In this document: one piece after another, positions 25,421 to 38,105 of the stretch
How the letters are laid out: each line of letters opens with the position of its first letter
Position numbering within the stretch: the first letter of the stretch is position 1
NCBI RefSeq assembly: GCF_018350175.1
Contig: NC_058368.1
Location: forward strand, 111,788,001 to 111,852,000
Direction: 5' to 3'
From: Felis catus
Taxonomy: Eukaryota
Length of the DNA stretch: 64,000 bases
The notes under the pieces: generated by a model
Database searches by the model: none
The model's input: only the letters and a program-made list of their open reading frames with translations
Told to the model about the DNA's origin: nothing
Made by a program: the position numbers and the translations under genes

Positions 25421-26390
25421 CAACGCACTATTACTGTGGTCCCCTCGCTGCTCTCCCCACCCCCACCATTGCCACCAGAGCGGTCTTTCTGGGACTCAGC
25501 CCTGCTCTGCAGTCATACTGGCTTCCCTTTTCCCCTGTGCAAATTCACACTGTGATTTGAGCTCCCCTTCTTCCCCCCGGAGTCCCACTGAGCCGAGGCC
25601 TCTCCACCCTGTGCTTCTGTCCCTTACACCTTGCAGTCCTTCACAATACCTGAGCCCAGGCCTCCTGCCAGGCTCTCAGAAGCCCCTCCTGTAGGGATCC
25701 ACTCCCTCCCTGCCAATCAAATCTCCTGTCTCAGTGCCTTTGGGCCCCTGGCATGCATGGTCTTGGTAAGATGGGGTTCTAGAGGTTAGGTGGTATATGT
25801 TTCTTTCTGCCCGACTGCCTGCATGGGGACCGGCACATGGTGGGTATTCTGCTAATGCTTGTGATACTAACTTGCATGGGAAAACTTAATTTTTGCCTCT
25901 GTCTCCTTAGCACCCAAGGTGTTTGATGATCTCAGGACTCTTTCGGGCTCCTGCCCCAAGTGGCATGGCCCCCATCCCTAAGGCCTCAGTGGCCATTCCC
26001 TGCATAGGAATAAAGGTACAGGAAGAAATTGACCAGTTTTGGAGATGAAGGCACTGCCTCTGGGTGCACAGGTGGGTTGAGGCAGGTAGAGAAAGATGAC
26101 AACCCAAGGGCCCAACATCTGGAAGGTAGATTGGGGACCAGTCCTCGGCTGAGGGTCTGGCTGGCTCTGGACAGACATGGGAGATGCTGGGGTTAGACAT
26201 GGGGCTGGCCGGGGGTAGACCTGACACGCACACAGGGGCGCAGTGAGAGGGCAGGTGAGGGGACTCTGAAAGTGCAGGTGTTACCTGGCTAACAGGAAAC
26301 CAGAGGGGCAGGGATTATCCAATTTAAGATCACAGAGACAGATGCCATTTGCTGAAATGAGTTAGGACCCTGGCTGGGTATTTGCGTTGC

Positions 26391-26438
26391 AAAAAAAAAA
26401 CAAAAAAAACAAAAAAAACAAAAAACAAAACAAAACAA
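26391..26438 (+). repeat. A-rich (AnC) simple repeat
   Basis: Read directly from the sequence. Confidence 0.9.
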
Positions 26439-29400
26439 CCCTCATCAAGGTATTACTGGGGGATCAGTGTTACCCACTCTAGTTAATGAGCTGATAATGC
26501 TTCCATGGGAACCTTTTCACAGAGCCCTCAGGGGAAGTCTCCTGGGCCTCAGTTTCCTCCTCAGTGGTATGAAGGCCTGGCACAGCAGCTCTCCTGCCAT
26601 GCAGGTGGTGGTGCCCAGGAGAGACTGTCCCAGCCTGTGCTGCAGACAGTGATGAAGGGACTGCTCTAGTAGGTAGCACTCCTGAGCACTTGCTCTGCAG
26701 GAGGGGATAGAACATGACTATGCTGCTTCCGGCCTTTCCCGTGTAATAGTTCATTAAGGTTCCATCGATTCTGAGTCGTCATGTGAGTTTCTAGGTTGGG
26801 GGGCAAGTCTCTTGCCATGCCTAGCCTAACATGTAGGGTATTGACCGGTTAGTTTTGATCCTGACACCCCTTAAAGCTGGGCGGGGGTGGGGGGTTGAAA
26901 TTCTCATTTGTGAAATGGAGCTGATACAGCTCCGACAGGGCAGGTCACTGTCCCAAGGTCACACAGGTGAGTGGCGGAGGTAGGGGTGAGTCAGGTTTGG
27001 CTTACTTGAGGACTCTTACCCGGGGTGAGTCTGCGGCCTTGATCTGGCCAGCTCAGCCATCCGTCCTCTCTCCCGGGCTCTCCCAAAGCACACGATCACA
27101 GGGTGTCCCAACCACGTTTCTCTGCATCCTCCCCTTGGTGAGGCCCGGTGGATTGTGGCTGGCACAGCCCTTCTCTTCCTGAGCTGATGGGCCATGTGTG
27201 CCCGGTGGCCTTGCCCTCTGTTCGACACACTCGCTCTGGAAGGCTCTTGGTGGAGGCAGCTTGGGGCAGCATTGCTTTGTTTATAGTTAGTTCCCAAGCT
27301 TGGTGGTTCAGATGAAAACAAAAGAGAATGACAGTTTGGGTGACCACACTGGCTTGCAGGTGTCTGTTGCTGCTCACAGAGCACTTCCGCACCCATGGTT
27401 ATGTTGGAGAGGCCCAGAGGCTGACTTCGTCGCCGAAGGACATTGGAAGGTCGTCTGGAACGATGACCAGGGCCTGTGGCTTGCTGACTGCTGCTATGTG
27501 AGTGCCGAGGGGCAGGGCCAGACTGTGGGTGAGGGCTCGTGGCCTCTGATTCTGCCGCTTTTCTGGTGTGTGAGCCGGACGGTGTCGCTTAGTCTCCATG
27601 CCCCCACTTGTGAAACAGGGATGATCAGGAGGAGGAAGAGGAGATTGCTGATGACAATAGGTGCTCCCCATGTGGGGTGTGTGAGTCCTAGCAGGGACCT
27701 GATCATGGAAGGCAGCCCCTAAGCGGTAGAACTGGTGTGGGTTGCTGTGATGGCCCTGGGAGAGGTGAGTCCTCCCAGCCCCCTCCTCCCGTAGGCTGGA
27801 AGGAGGCCGACCGGCCTGCTGACCCCGCAGGACAGGTTCCTCTGCAGTGTGGGCCCTGCGCCTGCCCAGAGCCCCTTCTGCACAGGAGACACATGGAGAT
27901 CCTGTTAAAGCCCTGGCGTCCATCGTTCAATCAATCAGGCTAATCTGCCTGGCCCTCGATAAGGGCGGGGATCAGGTTTCAGGGAGATTTTCCCGGGATT
28001 ACTTCTAGTAGCCGCTCAGTCTAGACGGGCCTCTCAGTTACAGGCGCACAGACAAAGGCGAGGACCGGGAGTGCCCGGCCGCGAGGCTGCCGGGAGCCCT
28101 GCCTTGAGCTTCTCCCTCCCTCCCAGCCCCTGCTGTCTTCCTGGGGGGGCCGGGGCTGGGGAGAAACGGGCTCACACCCCAGGGCCCTGGTTGGTGGAAG
28201 TGAGGGTCCTGAGCCCCTGCAGTGTGCCCAGCAGGGCCCCACGGCGCCATTGCGATATGAGGATATGAGCGGCTGCTGTCTCTGATGTACTCCCTCTGTG
28301 CCAGGTGCCGTGAAGGACACAGCTCGCCTTGATCCCCTTCAGTGACCTTATGGTGTTGTCACTCTTGTGCCCATTTTAAAGATGAGGCCAGTTGTGCACG
28401 GGAAGGTGTGGTCTCCACTAGACAGTGGTGGAACTAGGATGTGAATGGAGGCCTGTCGCCGAGGTTACTCTGGGAACTCGGGGTAGGGATTAGCTATCGG
28501 GAGAAGGCTGTCCAGTGCTGCGGGGAGAGGCAGTGAGGTCTACCTGCATGCCCCCCTTCTGGGTTCTCAACCTGGTTTTGCTGTGTGCTCTGGGACCTGG
28601 GCAAGTTACTTTTGGATACCCATTTGCTCATCTGTAAAATGGGCCTGATCTCTACTGTGCCAGACAGGGACATTGTGTGGGTCGGCCAAGAGAACGTGTG
28701 TGAAATGTTTTTGGAAATTGTGGAGTGCTGCATTACTGCCAGTCACCGGCTCCTAGTTTGCTGTCTGGCCATGAATGAATGGATGGATGGATGAATGATT
28801 CTGAATAACCTGCCTTGTAAGGTAGAATCAGTAAATCTTGTCTACTCCCTGTCTCTACTTCCACCACTCCCACTGATCCCTGGAAATGTGGGGAGCAGCC
28901 CTGGAGGCCAGGTGCTCCTAGTGGAAACGTGGGGAGAAGCTCAAGGCCACAGGGGACAGGGAGCTGCAGGTAGGACCTCTCTCTCCAGTTTTCCTGGAAG
29001 ATGAGCAGGAGGCATGTTCAGCCTTCACCCTTCTGGGGTCACACCTGTGTCTCCCTCTCAGATACTGCCATGTCCAGGCGGAATGTGCCTGATCTTCTTG
29101 GGCTTTTGGAATAGCCCAGAGAGGGAACTTAAGGATGTGTCCTTTGGGGGCTAGACTGTCAACTTTGGTCATGTATGTGTATGATCAAGGTGAAAGGAGA
29201 CAGACAGACAGGAGGCGTATATGGCTCTTCATCTGAGGACTCCTCTCCCTTGAGTTTGCAAGGTTCTATATTACTTTCTGGTTCACGTCTTGCCCCCATG
29301 CCATCCAACAAAGTTAAACACTTAAGAGAACAAAGCATCACTGGTGTAATGGATTAGCTTTTCCCAGAGCAGCAAAAACAAAAGTCAAAACAATAAAAAA

Positions 29401-29699
29401 CAATTATAGCAAAGTTTACAAGTTCGATGAGACCCTCAGGCATTGTTCTTCTATATAAATAACTTCTAACTCCAGCGTTTTTTGTTTTAAAGGCGTCAAA
29501 TCAGGAACTGACCTTGTATGTGAATGTTGGAGGGCAGAGGTTACCCAGAGATAGCCTTGGGTGAGCTGACATGCACACCCCTTCCCCAGGAATGTATAGC
29601 TATCCGACCTATACACTGTGTTCTTCAGATCGGAGTATATAATGATCAAGGGAGCGTAGTGAGGAGGGAAGAGGAGGTCTATGTGCAAGGGATACTGGA

Positions 29700-29880
29700 G
29701 AGAAGCATGCCGAGCCCATGGAATTTTGAGTCTCAGTGACCTGAGTTTGAAGCCTGGATTCACCATGTTACCAGCTGCGTGACTCAGGAAAGTCACTTAA
29801 CCTCTCTGAACCTCTGCTTTCTCATCTGCGAAATGAGGAGAATGATAGGACTTAGGTCAGGTTGTTGTTGTGAAGATGGG
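29700..29880 (+). mobile_element. MIR
   Basis: AAGTCACTTAACCTCTCTGAACCTCTGCTTTCTCATCTGCGAAATG core. Confidence 0.75.
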
Positions 29881-30670
29881 TCCAAGATGGACAGGCAGGA
29901 CAGGGCTGTGTGAGGAGGAGAAGGCTTTGCCCTTGGGAGGATGAGCATGGGGAACTGTTGGCACAGCCACGAATCAAGAGACTGGGCCTTCGTTGTGGGT
30001 TCTGGGGGTGTTTAACTTGCCCTTTGTAATCGGCCTTGGGTGCCTCGACTCATTTCCATTTTCACAAATGCATCAAAAATGCCACTAGGCTCAGAACAAA
30101 TGCCAATTTAACTCTGTAATGGAGTCTTAAATTTCCACCGAGCCATGCATGGCTGCTCCCAGCAAGATGAGCAGAATTACAATGAAATCAGCATGTGTTC
30201 ATGGACGTTGACTGTGTTATTAGCATCTCTGGATTTGATGAACCTTGATCTTTTCCATGGTCCACGAGCAAATGATATCAGTGAAAAAGAGGTGGGAAAG
30301 GTACCCTTGGGTGCAAACCAGAGACATGCACTGCAGAAAAGGAAAAATGGCGGCATTTCTGCCACCTTCTCTCTGTAGAGTCTTGAATGAATCACTTGGC
30401 AGCTGTGGACCTCAGTTCCCTTAATCTGTCAGACGTGATCGTTCCTGTTCGGTCTACCCAGTGGGCTTTTTGGGTGACCACGTGAAAAGACGTACCAAAA
30501 AGATGTTTAAAAACAGAATTTTGTACAGATGTGTAGAGTTGTTATGGGTGGATGAGCATGGTTCATGGATAACCACTGGCAACAGACGACTTGTCGGATT
30601 TTGTAGTTACGTTTTCACTTGCTGAGATCTATGAGCAACTTGGAAACTAGGCCAACCAGGCAAGGGTTTA

Positions 30671-30784
30671 CATTTCTAGGAACCCACATTTTGTGTGTTT
30701 TTTGTAATTACATATTCTTCCATTTCTAGAAACCCACACTTTGTGTTTTGTTTGTTTGTTTTTTGATTAATTACATATTCTTCC
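30671..30784 (+). repeat. Imperfect tandem duplication (about 50 bp unit)
   Basis: catttctag.aacccaca.tttgtg...taattacatattcttc occurs twice (30671-30720 and 30721-30784). Confidence 0.9.
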
Positions 30785-30972
30785 AATAGAGCAGCTTGGA
30801 GGCTGAGCATTGCCTATGCGCCTTACCCGTGTTATCTTATTTAGTCTTCCTCACAAACATAGGACACGTGTCCTATTATTTTTTCTGATTATTATTTATT
30901 GTGGTGATGATACTGAGGCTCAGACAAGTGAGACAACATGCCCCAAATCATACAGTTAATAAGAATTGGTGT

Positions 30973-31140
30973 TGGGGCACCTGGGTGGCTCAGTCAGTTG
31001 AGTTTTTGACTTTGGCTCATGTCATGATCTCACGGCTCTTGAGTTCGAGCCCCACGTCAGACTCTGTGTTGACAGCTCAGAGCCTGGAGTCTGCTTTGGA
31101 TTCTGTGTCCCTCTCTTTCTCTGTCCTTCCCTCGCTCATG

Positions 31141-31196
<56 letters not shown>

Positions 31197-31228
31197 AATA
31201 AATAAAACACTTAAAAAATTTTTTTAAA
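30973..31228 (+). mobile_element. Can-SINE with long (CT)n
   Basis: Head, (CT)n at about 31151-31193, and tail; degenerate TSD aagaa.tgg.gt. Confidence 0.92.
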
Positions 31229-31613
31229 AGAAGTGGGGTAGTGTGTGAGGCCCTGAAATCCATTGTCCTCTAGTCTTGCCAATAAGCCCATTACAAATAT
31301 TTAATCTTTCCTCTGTTTCCTTTTTCCCTCCTTTCTCTCTTCTTCAGTAAGGCAGTCAAAAACTCATTGGGTTTTGTTATGGTGGAGTGAGAAAAGAAAC
31401 TTGGCAAATCCTCTCCACCCCAAAACAGTGATAAAACTAGACAAAAGTGTCCAAAGCAACCATCTAAGAGTTCTAGAAACTCACCAAAATCATACATTTC
31501 CGATAAGAATGTAAAATGATACAGCCACCTTGAAAACCTATGTGTAAGTTTCTTAAAAAGTTAAACATAAACTTATCATCCAATCCAATATCCACTTTTA
31601 GGTATCTCCCCGT

Positions 31614-32105
31614 ACAGACCTTCTTTGAATTACAGCAAGTTTATATCCCAATAATCCCATCATAAGTTGGCAATAATGTAAGTGGCAAATGCATTTAATA
31701 CACCTAACCTACTAACAACCTAGCTTAGCCAAGCAAGCCATACATGTGCTCAGAACACTCACATTAGCTTACAATTGAGCAAAATTGTGTAACACAAAGT
31801 GTTGAACATGTCATGTCATGTATTGAATATATAGTACTGAAAGTGAAAAACAGAAGGTTTGTATGGGGACAGGGAGTCTGTAAATTATTGGTGGCTTATC
31901 TTCAAGGTTGCATGGCTGGCTGGGAGCTGTGGCTCCCTACCCCTGCCCAGCAGTGAGAGAGAGTATCGTAACTGCCTATCACTAGCCCAGAAAAAGAGTA
32001 AAGTATAAAATTTGAAGTGTGGTTTCTAGTGACTGTGCATGGCTTTTGTTCCATCATGAAGTCCAAAAATGATAACTTGAACCATTTTCACTCGGGGACC
32101 CTCTG
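31614..32105 (+). mobile_element. MER47/Tigger5-like non-autonomous TcMar element
   Basis: AAATGCATTTAATACACCTAACCTAC...GTGCTCAGAACACT...ACTGAAAGTGAAAAACAGAA...GGGGACCCTCTG resembles the recalled MER47 consensus; preceded by TA. Confidence 0.7.
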
Positions 32106-32636
32106 TCTTGGTTTTCTCTTATTGTCATAACAAATCACCACAAGCTGGGTCACTGAAAATGACACAAATGTATTATCTTACTGCTTTGGAGGCTAGAGGT
32201 CCAACAGGGTCTCACGGGGCTAAAATCAGGGAGTCAGCAGGGCTACCTTCCTTCCTGGAGGCTCTCAAGGACAAACTTTGCAGTTTCTACAGGCTGCAGA
32301 GGATCCCTTGGTTCATGGCCTCCTTCCTCCATCTTTAAAGCTAGCAGCAGTGGGCAGAGTCCTTCTTACAGAACATTACTCTGACTTCCTCTTCTCCTTT
32401 GAAAGGACCCTTGTGTGTACGTTGGGCCCACCTAGGGAGTCCATGGTAATCTTGCTTTCTTAACACCAGCTGATTAGCAACCTTAATTCCCCTTTGCTGT
32501 GTAACATAACATAGTTACAGGCTCTGGGGATTAGGTCATAGACTTCATATAAAAGAATCCAGGATAATCTTGGTTTCTGAAAGTTAGTTGATTAGTAAGT
32601 TGGGCATCTTTGGGAGCCATTATTCTGCCTTCCATA
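32104..32636 (-). mobile_element. MaLR LTR (MLT1C/D-like)
   Basis: ATAACAAATCACCACAAGCTGGG...GGAGGCTAGAGGTCC...GGGAGCCATTATTCTGCCT is typical antisense MLT1 sequence. Confidence 0.75.
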
Positions 32637-33900
32637 CTACCCACAGTAAAAGAAAGTATGTGTCCACACAAAGACCTGTACTTGAGTATTCATAGCAGCA
32701 CTGTATGTAGTAACCCCAAACTGGTAACATTCCCGTTGTCTGTCAACTGGTTAATGGATGAACAAAATATGACATGTCTATAAAGTGGAATATGATGTAA
32801 CAATAAAAAGGAAGTGCTGATGCATGTTACATCATGCATGGTGAACTTCAAAAACCTGATGCTAAGTGAAGTAAACCAGGTGTAAAAGATACATTTGTAT
32901 CTTTATAGGGACATTCCAGAAGAAGGAAATCCGTGGAGACATAAGCAGGTCATTGGGTGCCTGGAGCTGAGGAATGGGGTCAGTCTGAAATGGACACTGG
33001 CAAGTTTGTTGGAACGATGGAAGTGTTGTAGAACCAAATGGTGGTGATGGTTATACAGTTGTGTAAGTTGACTAGAAAATCTTTTAAGCTGGGTTAATTT
33101 TATGGTAATTTATAATTCACTAAAGCCACTTGAAAAAGGAAAGCATTTGTGCCGGCCCAACAGGCAACGTGACCTAGCGGAGGTTGAAGGCCACAGGAGG
33201 AAGGTGGCTGAGTGTGGTGGCAGCTTAGTGGATTTGAGAAGTTGGTCATACACACAGGGATTGAGCAGATAAGTAAATACACTGAGGGTTAAGGAGGCTG
33301 GTTTTCCAGGGTTAGAGGAGGGAGTCGCTGAAGAGGAAAGAGGGAAGTGAGAATGAACATAGTGATGTTAGACTGGTATTGGAGGTATCTGTGTAAACTC
33401 GTGGTTTTCAGTATAGACAAATGTAGAAGGTAGCATATAGGTAAATATTGCATAGACATGTGTATATGTATCTGCATTTGCAAATGTTGGTGAGCTCTTT
33501 CCACTGGAAGGCCTTGCAACCAGGACAAATGGCACACCAGGTTGCTCAGGTAATGGTTTCTAATAGCATTTTCCACTAAAGGAGACTAGGAATCCTTGGA
33601 GAAATGGCCGATTCCAGGGCTGGGACAGGTAAAGTACACTGTGCTGGAAATCTTTTCTGCCAGAAAGCAAGGAGATGATTAACAAATGAAGTGGGCATGT
33701 TGAGAGGACACGGAAGCCATCTTGAAGGGGCTCCCATTGGCACAATCTGGGACATTTGAGCATCAAAATATATAATGATGGTAATGGTTTAACACCCACA
33801 AAACTGCATCCCATGAACCCACACTGGTGTAAATGAGTAAGTGTGGAATAAGAGAAAGCTCCACTTCACTGTAGAATGCCAACCAATCCATGTGGAAGGA
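32637..33900 (+). mobile_element. Old L1M 3' fragments
   Basis: GTCCACACAAAGACCTGTAC...CCCCAAACTGG continues the L1 piece at 31510-31612; L1MC/MD-like 3' UTR from about 33150. Confidence 0.65.
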
Positions 33901-33927
33901 GTCATGGGGTTAGATAAATCTCCATTC

Positions 33928-34140
33928 AGGGGCACCTGGGTGGCTCAGTCGGTCGAGCATCTGATGATTCTTGATTTCAGCTCACGTCATGATCCCAGGG
34001 TCGTAGGATTGAGCCCCGTCAGGCTCTGTGCTGAGAGTGGAGCCTGCTTGGGATTCTCTCTTTCCCTCACTCTCTCCCTCTGCCCCTCCCCCTTGTTCAT
34101 GTGTTTTCTCTATCAAAAAAAATAATTTGGGAAAAAATAA
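33928..34140 (+). mobile_element. Can-SINE
   Basis: Head, CT-rich body and tail. Confidence 0.9.
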
Positions 34141-34169
34141 TTATTTAAACTTGTTTCACATTTTTAAAA

Positions 34170-34401
34170 AAGTTTTAAATTTTTAAAATTTTAATTCTTT
34201 TAATGTTTATTTTTGAGAGAGAGAGAGACACAGCACAAGCAGGGGGGGAGCTGAGAGAGAGGGAGACACAGAATCCTAAATAGTCTGCAGGCTCTGAGCT
34301 GTCAGCACAGAGCCCATCGCGGGAGCTCGAACTCAAGAATCGCGAGATCCTGACCTGAGTCAAAGTTGGACGCTTAACCGACTGAGCCACCCAGGAGCCC
34401 C
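34170..34401 (-). mobile_element. Can-SINE
   Basis: Head and tail; flanked by the repeat caca(a)tttttaaaa. Confidence 0.9.
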
Positions 34402-35989
34402 TACACAATTTTTAAAATACATTTGCATGTGATGATGTGCCAGGCCTCATTCTTCTCTGTAATTTGGAACTTACTCAGGTGTGAAGCACTCTTTGCTCCT
34501 GAATGGTCACAGGCTACTGTTTCTTCAAGTTTCTTTTCATCTGGACAGTTCTGCACTCTTTCTCTCTGTGTCCTTGCTGGCGGTTAGCAGCTGTTCCTGT
34601 CTGCTGTTGGCATTGTGCCACCTACAGGTGCGCCTGCCTGTCATATGCTGTGTGCCCTGGCTGGAATGCCACAGGAACAAGCTCATTGGGGGCCGCGTCC
34701 CTGGCTCGGAGGGACTTGCTGTGCGAGGAAGGGGCCTGGGCTTTCTTGCGTGGATGTTGTGACCACTCTTGTCTGCCCAGATTCCTTGCAGTCTATTCTT
34801 TAGCTCCGAAAATGTTCTAAAGAGGGGAGATTGCCTGAGGATTGGGTATTGGTCGTGACCACCTTTGGTTTGGGGAGATGTCTGGTTTGTTATCTTGTAG
34901 GAGGGTTGCTTGACAGACCAACGTGAGAATGAGGGGTCACCCTGCTGCTCAGAGATTGCCAGATGTCAGTAGATTAGCCAGTGCCACCTGCACAGTACGG
35001 TAACCATCGACAGCCTCTTGTGAGGGTGACTTCTGGGGTGCCATCCAGGGAAATACCAGCCGATGATTCTGTATTATGAGCTGAGTAATGACCTGCCACA
35101 CCTCCACCCTCAGATCATTTTGCCATTTCTTCCCTTGCCAGCCCGCATTTTCCATGAGCCTCTGCATTTCTGTGTTGGCCGGACCCCTCATCCCCAAAGC
35201 TGTGTCTGTCCTTCCTTCTTGGGGCCTGTGCGGGGAGTCGTTGTGAGGACAGATCTCTAAGACGAACTGTCATCTTTGGAGACCACACTGCCAGTGGCAC
35301 CTTTGAGCTTGGGGATCTGGGCAGGACGGATGGCCCTGGGCTCTGGGAAGCCGTCCCAGGAAGTTTGGTTTACCACACGCAAATAGACGGTCATCATCCT
35401 GGAGCTGGAAATTTGGTTTCTGGACTCATTTTTGTATGCTGTTTATGTTGGCCACTGTCCTTGGAACAACCTTGGCCAGCTGAGGGTTGAGGGAAATCAT
35501 GCCTTGTCGACTTGGAAAGGGTCATTCAAAAAGGTATGGGTTGTCTGGCCAGGAACTTTTCTGATAGGGTCGGCATGCCCCTGCCTGGCACAGCTTGGTT
35601 TTGATTTGGCCTGAGTGCCCTCTTGGGAATGGTAATAGGGGGTATGCCATGCCAGGAGAGGCCCCAGCAGCCAGCTTGCATCATGTGGAAGGCACTTTTT
35701 TCCCAAGGCACAACCATCATTAGCTGAGGAGGGTCTGCCTATGTGGCCTATGCACGAGAGCCTTTAAAATGTATTTGGTTGTATTGTATTTTTAATATTT
35801 TATTAAGTTCCTTTTAAAGTGTTTTGGAGCCCCAGCTGCTTATGCCAAAAGCCAGACCCACAATTCTTTTGAGGTCTACCCCTCCCTCCCTCTCCTTCTC
35901 TTCTTCCCCTGCCCTCTGTCTTTGTCTCTCTTTCTATCCCCTCAGTTATAGGTGTTTTGATGTAATCAGGTTTCCATGAGAGGAAAGCC

Positions 35990-36730
35990 TGATTTTGCCC
36001 TTCACCTCCCAGGAATGACCTTCATCCATTTGGGTTTTAGCAAAGGGTGTGTCTGGCCTCATCTGTGATTTGATCTCTCTTCTGAGCATGTCTTAAAGGC
36101 CATGGCCTTCAATGGGTTTTTGACCAAATCTGCATCTTCGCGGCCACATCCTCAATTTGGTGAGGAGACCGCTCCGTGTCACAACTCTGGAAACCCAGGG
36201 ACATCAGGACCCCTCACTTCTGCTTGTGAACTGGTTGGTCTTTGAGTTCACTTCTTTCTTGTAGTACCCTTTGAAGTACAGGCAGTCATAACAGCTCACA
36301 CAAGGGATCATCTTTCCTGATGCTTCTCTGCCAGGAGCCACAAATAGATGAGGTGTCTATATTCAGTTTTCCACATCTCGTGGGCAGCATTTTTTCTGCC
36401 ATGTAACCCAGGTGCCATGTTTCTATCCCTCTTTAGGTTCCCTTACCACTAGCTATCCAGTGCCAAAGCCACTGTGCCAAAGTTTGGGTTGGCATAGCAC
36501 TCCACCTGTAGGTGCCGATTTCTGTTTTACTTTGTGCAGCACAAATACCTCCCAATAGGTCCAGTGGCTTATGACAAAAATATGTTTTATGACTCAGGGT
36601 TCTGTATGTCTTCTGTTTTGCTCCACGCTGTGAGTCAGGTTCAGGTCGTTGTACTTTTTGGGCCCCAGGTTGAATGGTACCTGCTGTCTAAGGCACGCTC
36701 TTCTCATGGCATGTTCCAGGGGGTGAGCCC
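35990..36730 (-). mobile_element. Old MaLR internal fragment plus LTR
   Basis: GCACTCCACCTGTAGGTGCCGATTTCTGT near 36497-36524 resembles the antisense MaLR LTR/internal junction; heavily diverged. Confidence 0.45.
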
Positions 36731-36745
36731 CAGCTTATAATTCTT

Positions 36746-37149
36746 TTTTTTTATTAAAAAAAATTTTTTTGGCTTAGTCAGTTAGGCGTCCGACTTTGGC
36801 TCAAGTCATGATCTCACGGTCCGTGAGTTCGAGCCCTGCGTCGGGCTCTGTGCTGACAGATTGGAGCCTGGAGTGTGCTTTAGATTCTGTGTCTCCCTCT
36901 CTCTCTGCCTCTCCCCACCCCCCCCAAATAATTAAACGTTAAAAAAATTTAATGTTTATTTTGGAGAGACCAAAAGAGAGCACAAATGGGGGAGGAGCAG
37001 AGAGAGACACACACACACAGAATCCAAAGTAGGTTCTAGGCTCCGAGCTGTCAGCACCGAGCCCGATGTGGGGCTTGAACCCACAAACAGTGAGATCATG
37101 ACCTGAGCTGAAGTTAGACCCTTAACCCACTAAGCCATCCAGGTACTCC
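36746..37149. mobile_element. Plus-strand Can-SINE (about 36770-36945) nested in the tail of a minus-strand Can-SINE
   Basis: Outer TSD tataattctt; inner repeat ttaaaaaaattt. Confidence 0.88.
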
Positions 37150-37992
37150 TATAATTCTTAAAGTGTTTCTTTCATGTCCCCACCCCTGTCCCATTCTCTG
37201 CCACTTTCTGAGTTGTTTCTTTACATCTTTTCCAGTTAATTCTCGCATCAGCTGTATTTATTCATTGGGCTTCTGGTTTCATTTTTCATTTCTAGGAGTT
37301 CTAGGTGATCCTTTCTTAATCAGATACACCAGATCAATTTTAAAATGTTCTTCTCCCATTGTGTTTAAGCTTATAGTCCTTATTTCATATCTGTACCTTG
37401 GCCCTTGGGGGTCAGTTTTGCTGCCCTTCCTGCTGAATCTTACTCACAGTGGTTTCTTTCCTTGGGTGTTTGGTAATTTTTCATGGTGAGCTCACATTTA
37501 ACCGGTTATAATCTGCAAGATCCTGGAGAGCCTGGGCTGAGTGTGCATTCTTTCGGAGAGATTTTGTGAATGGTTCTTCTTGGTGTCCAGTGATGTCACC
37601 TACCTGAAGACACTTGAATTCTACCTATCTACTTGGTGTTTCCTTGACTGAGGAAATGCAAATTCACCCAGGTGAGAGCAGACTTGGGCCACGAACTCCA
37701 TGGGACACTCCCTGAGTATTTCTCCCTCCAAGCCAAGGCTGGAGATGGCCAGGTCTCCCGGTTGTCTCCTTTTCCAGTGAGTGGATTGCCCGAGGTATAA
37801 CTTTGAGAGTCCTAGGTCCAGACAGAGGTCCTAGTTTAGGCCTCCTTCTTTTGTAGGTCAGAGGTTTCTTTTCTGCTTCTGGGATTGGCTGATGACCTTA
37901 CGGCAGCCCTGTTTTCCGTACTTACATGGGTTGGGCATCTTAATTCAGCTAGAGCTCTTAGCATTGTAGATTTCCCATACCTGTTTGTTTGT

Positions 37993-38105
37993 TCCCTCCC
38001 TCCCTCCCTCCCTCCCTCCCTCCCTCCCTCCCTCCCTCCCTTCCTTCCTTCCTTCCTTCCTTCCTTCCTTCCTTCCTTCCTTCCTTCCTTCCTTCCTTCC
38101 CCTTC
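37993..38105 (+). repeat. (CCCT)n(CCTT)n compound microsatellite
   Basis: Read directly from the sequence. Confidence 0.97.
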
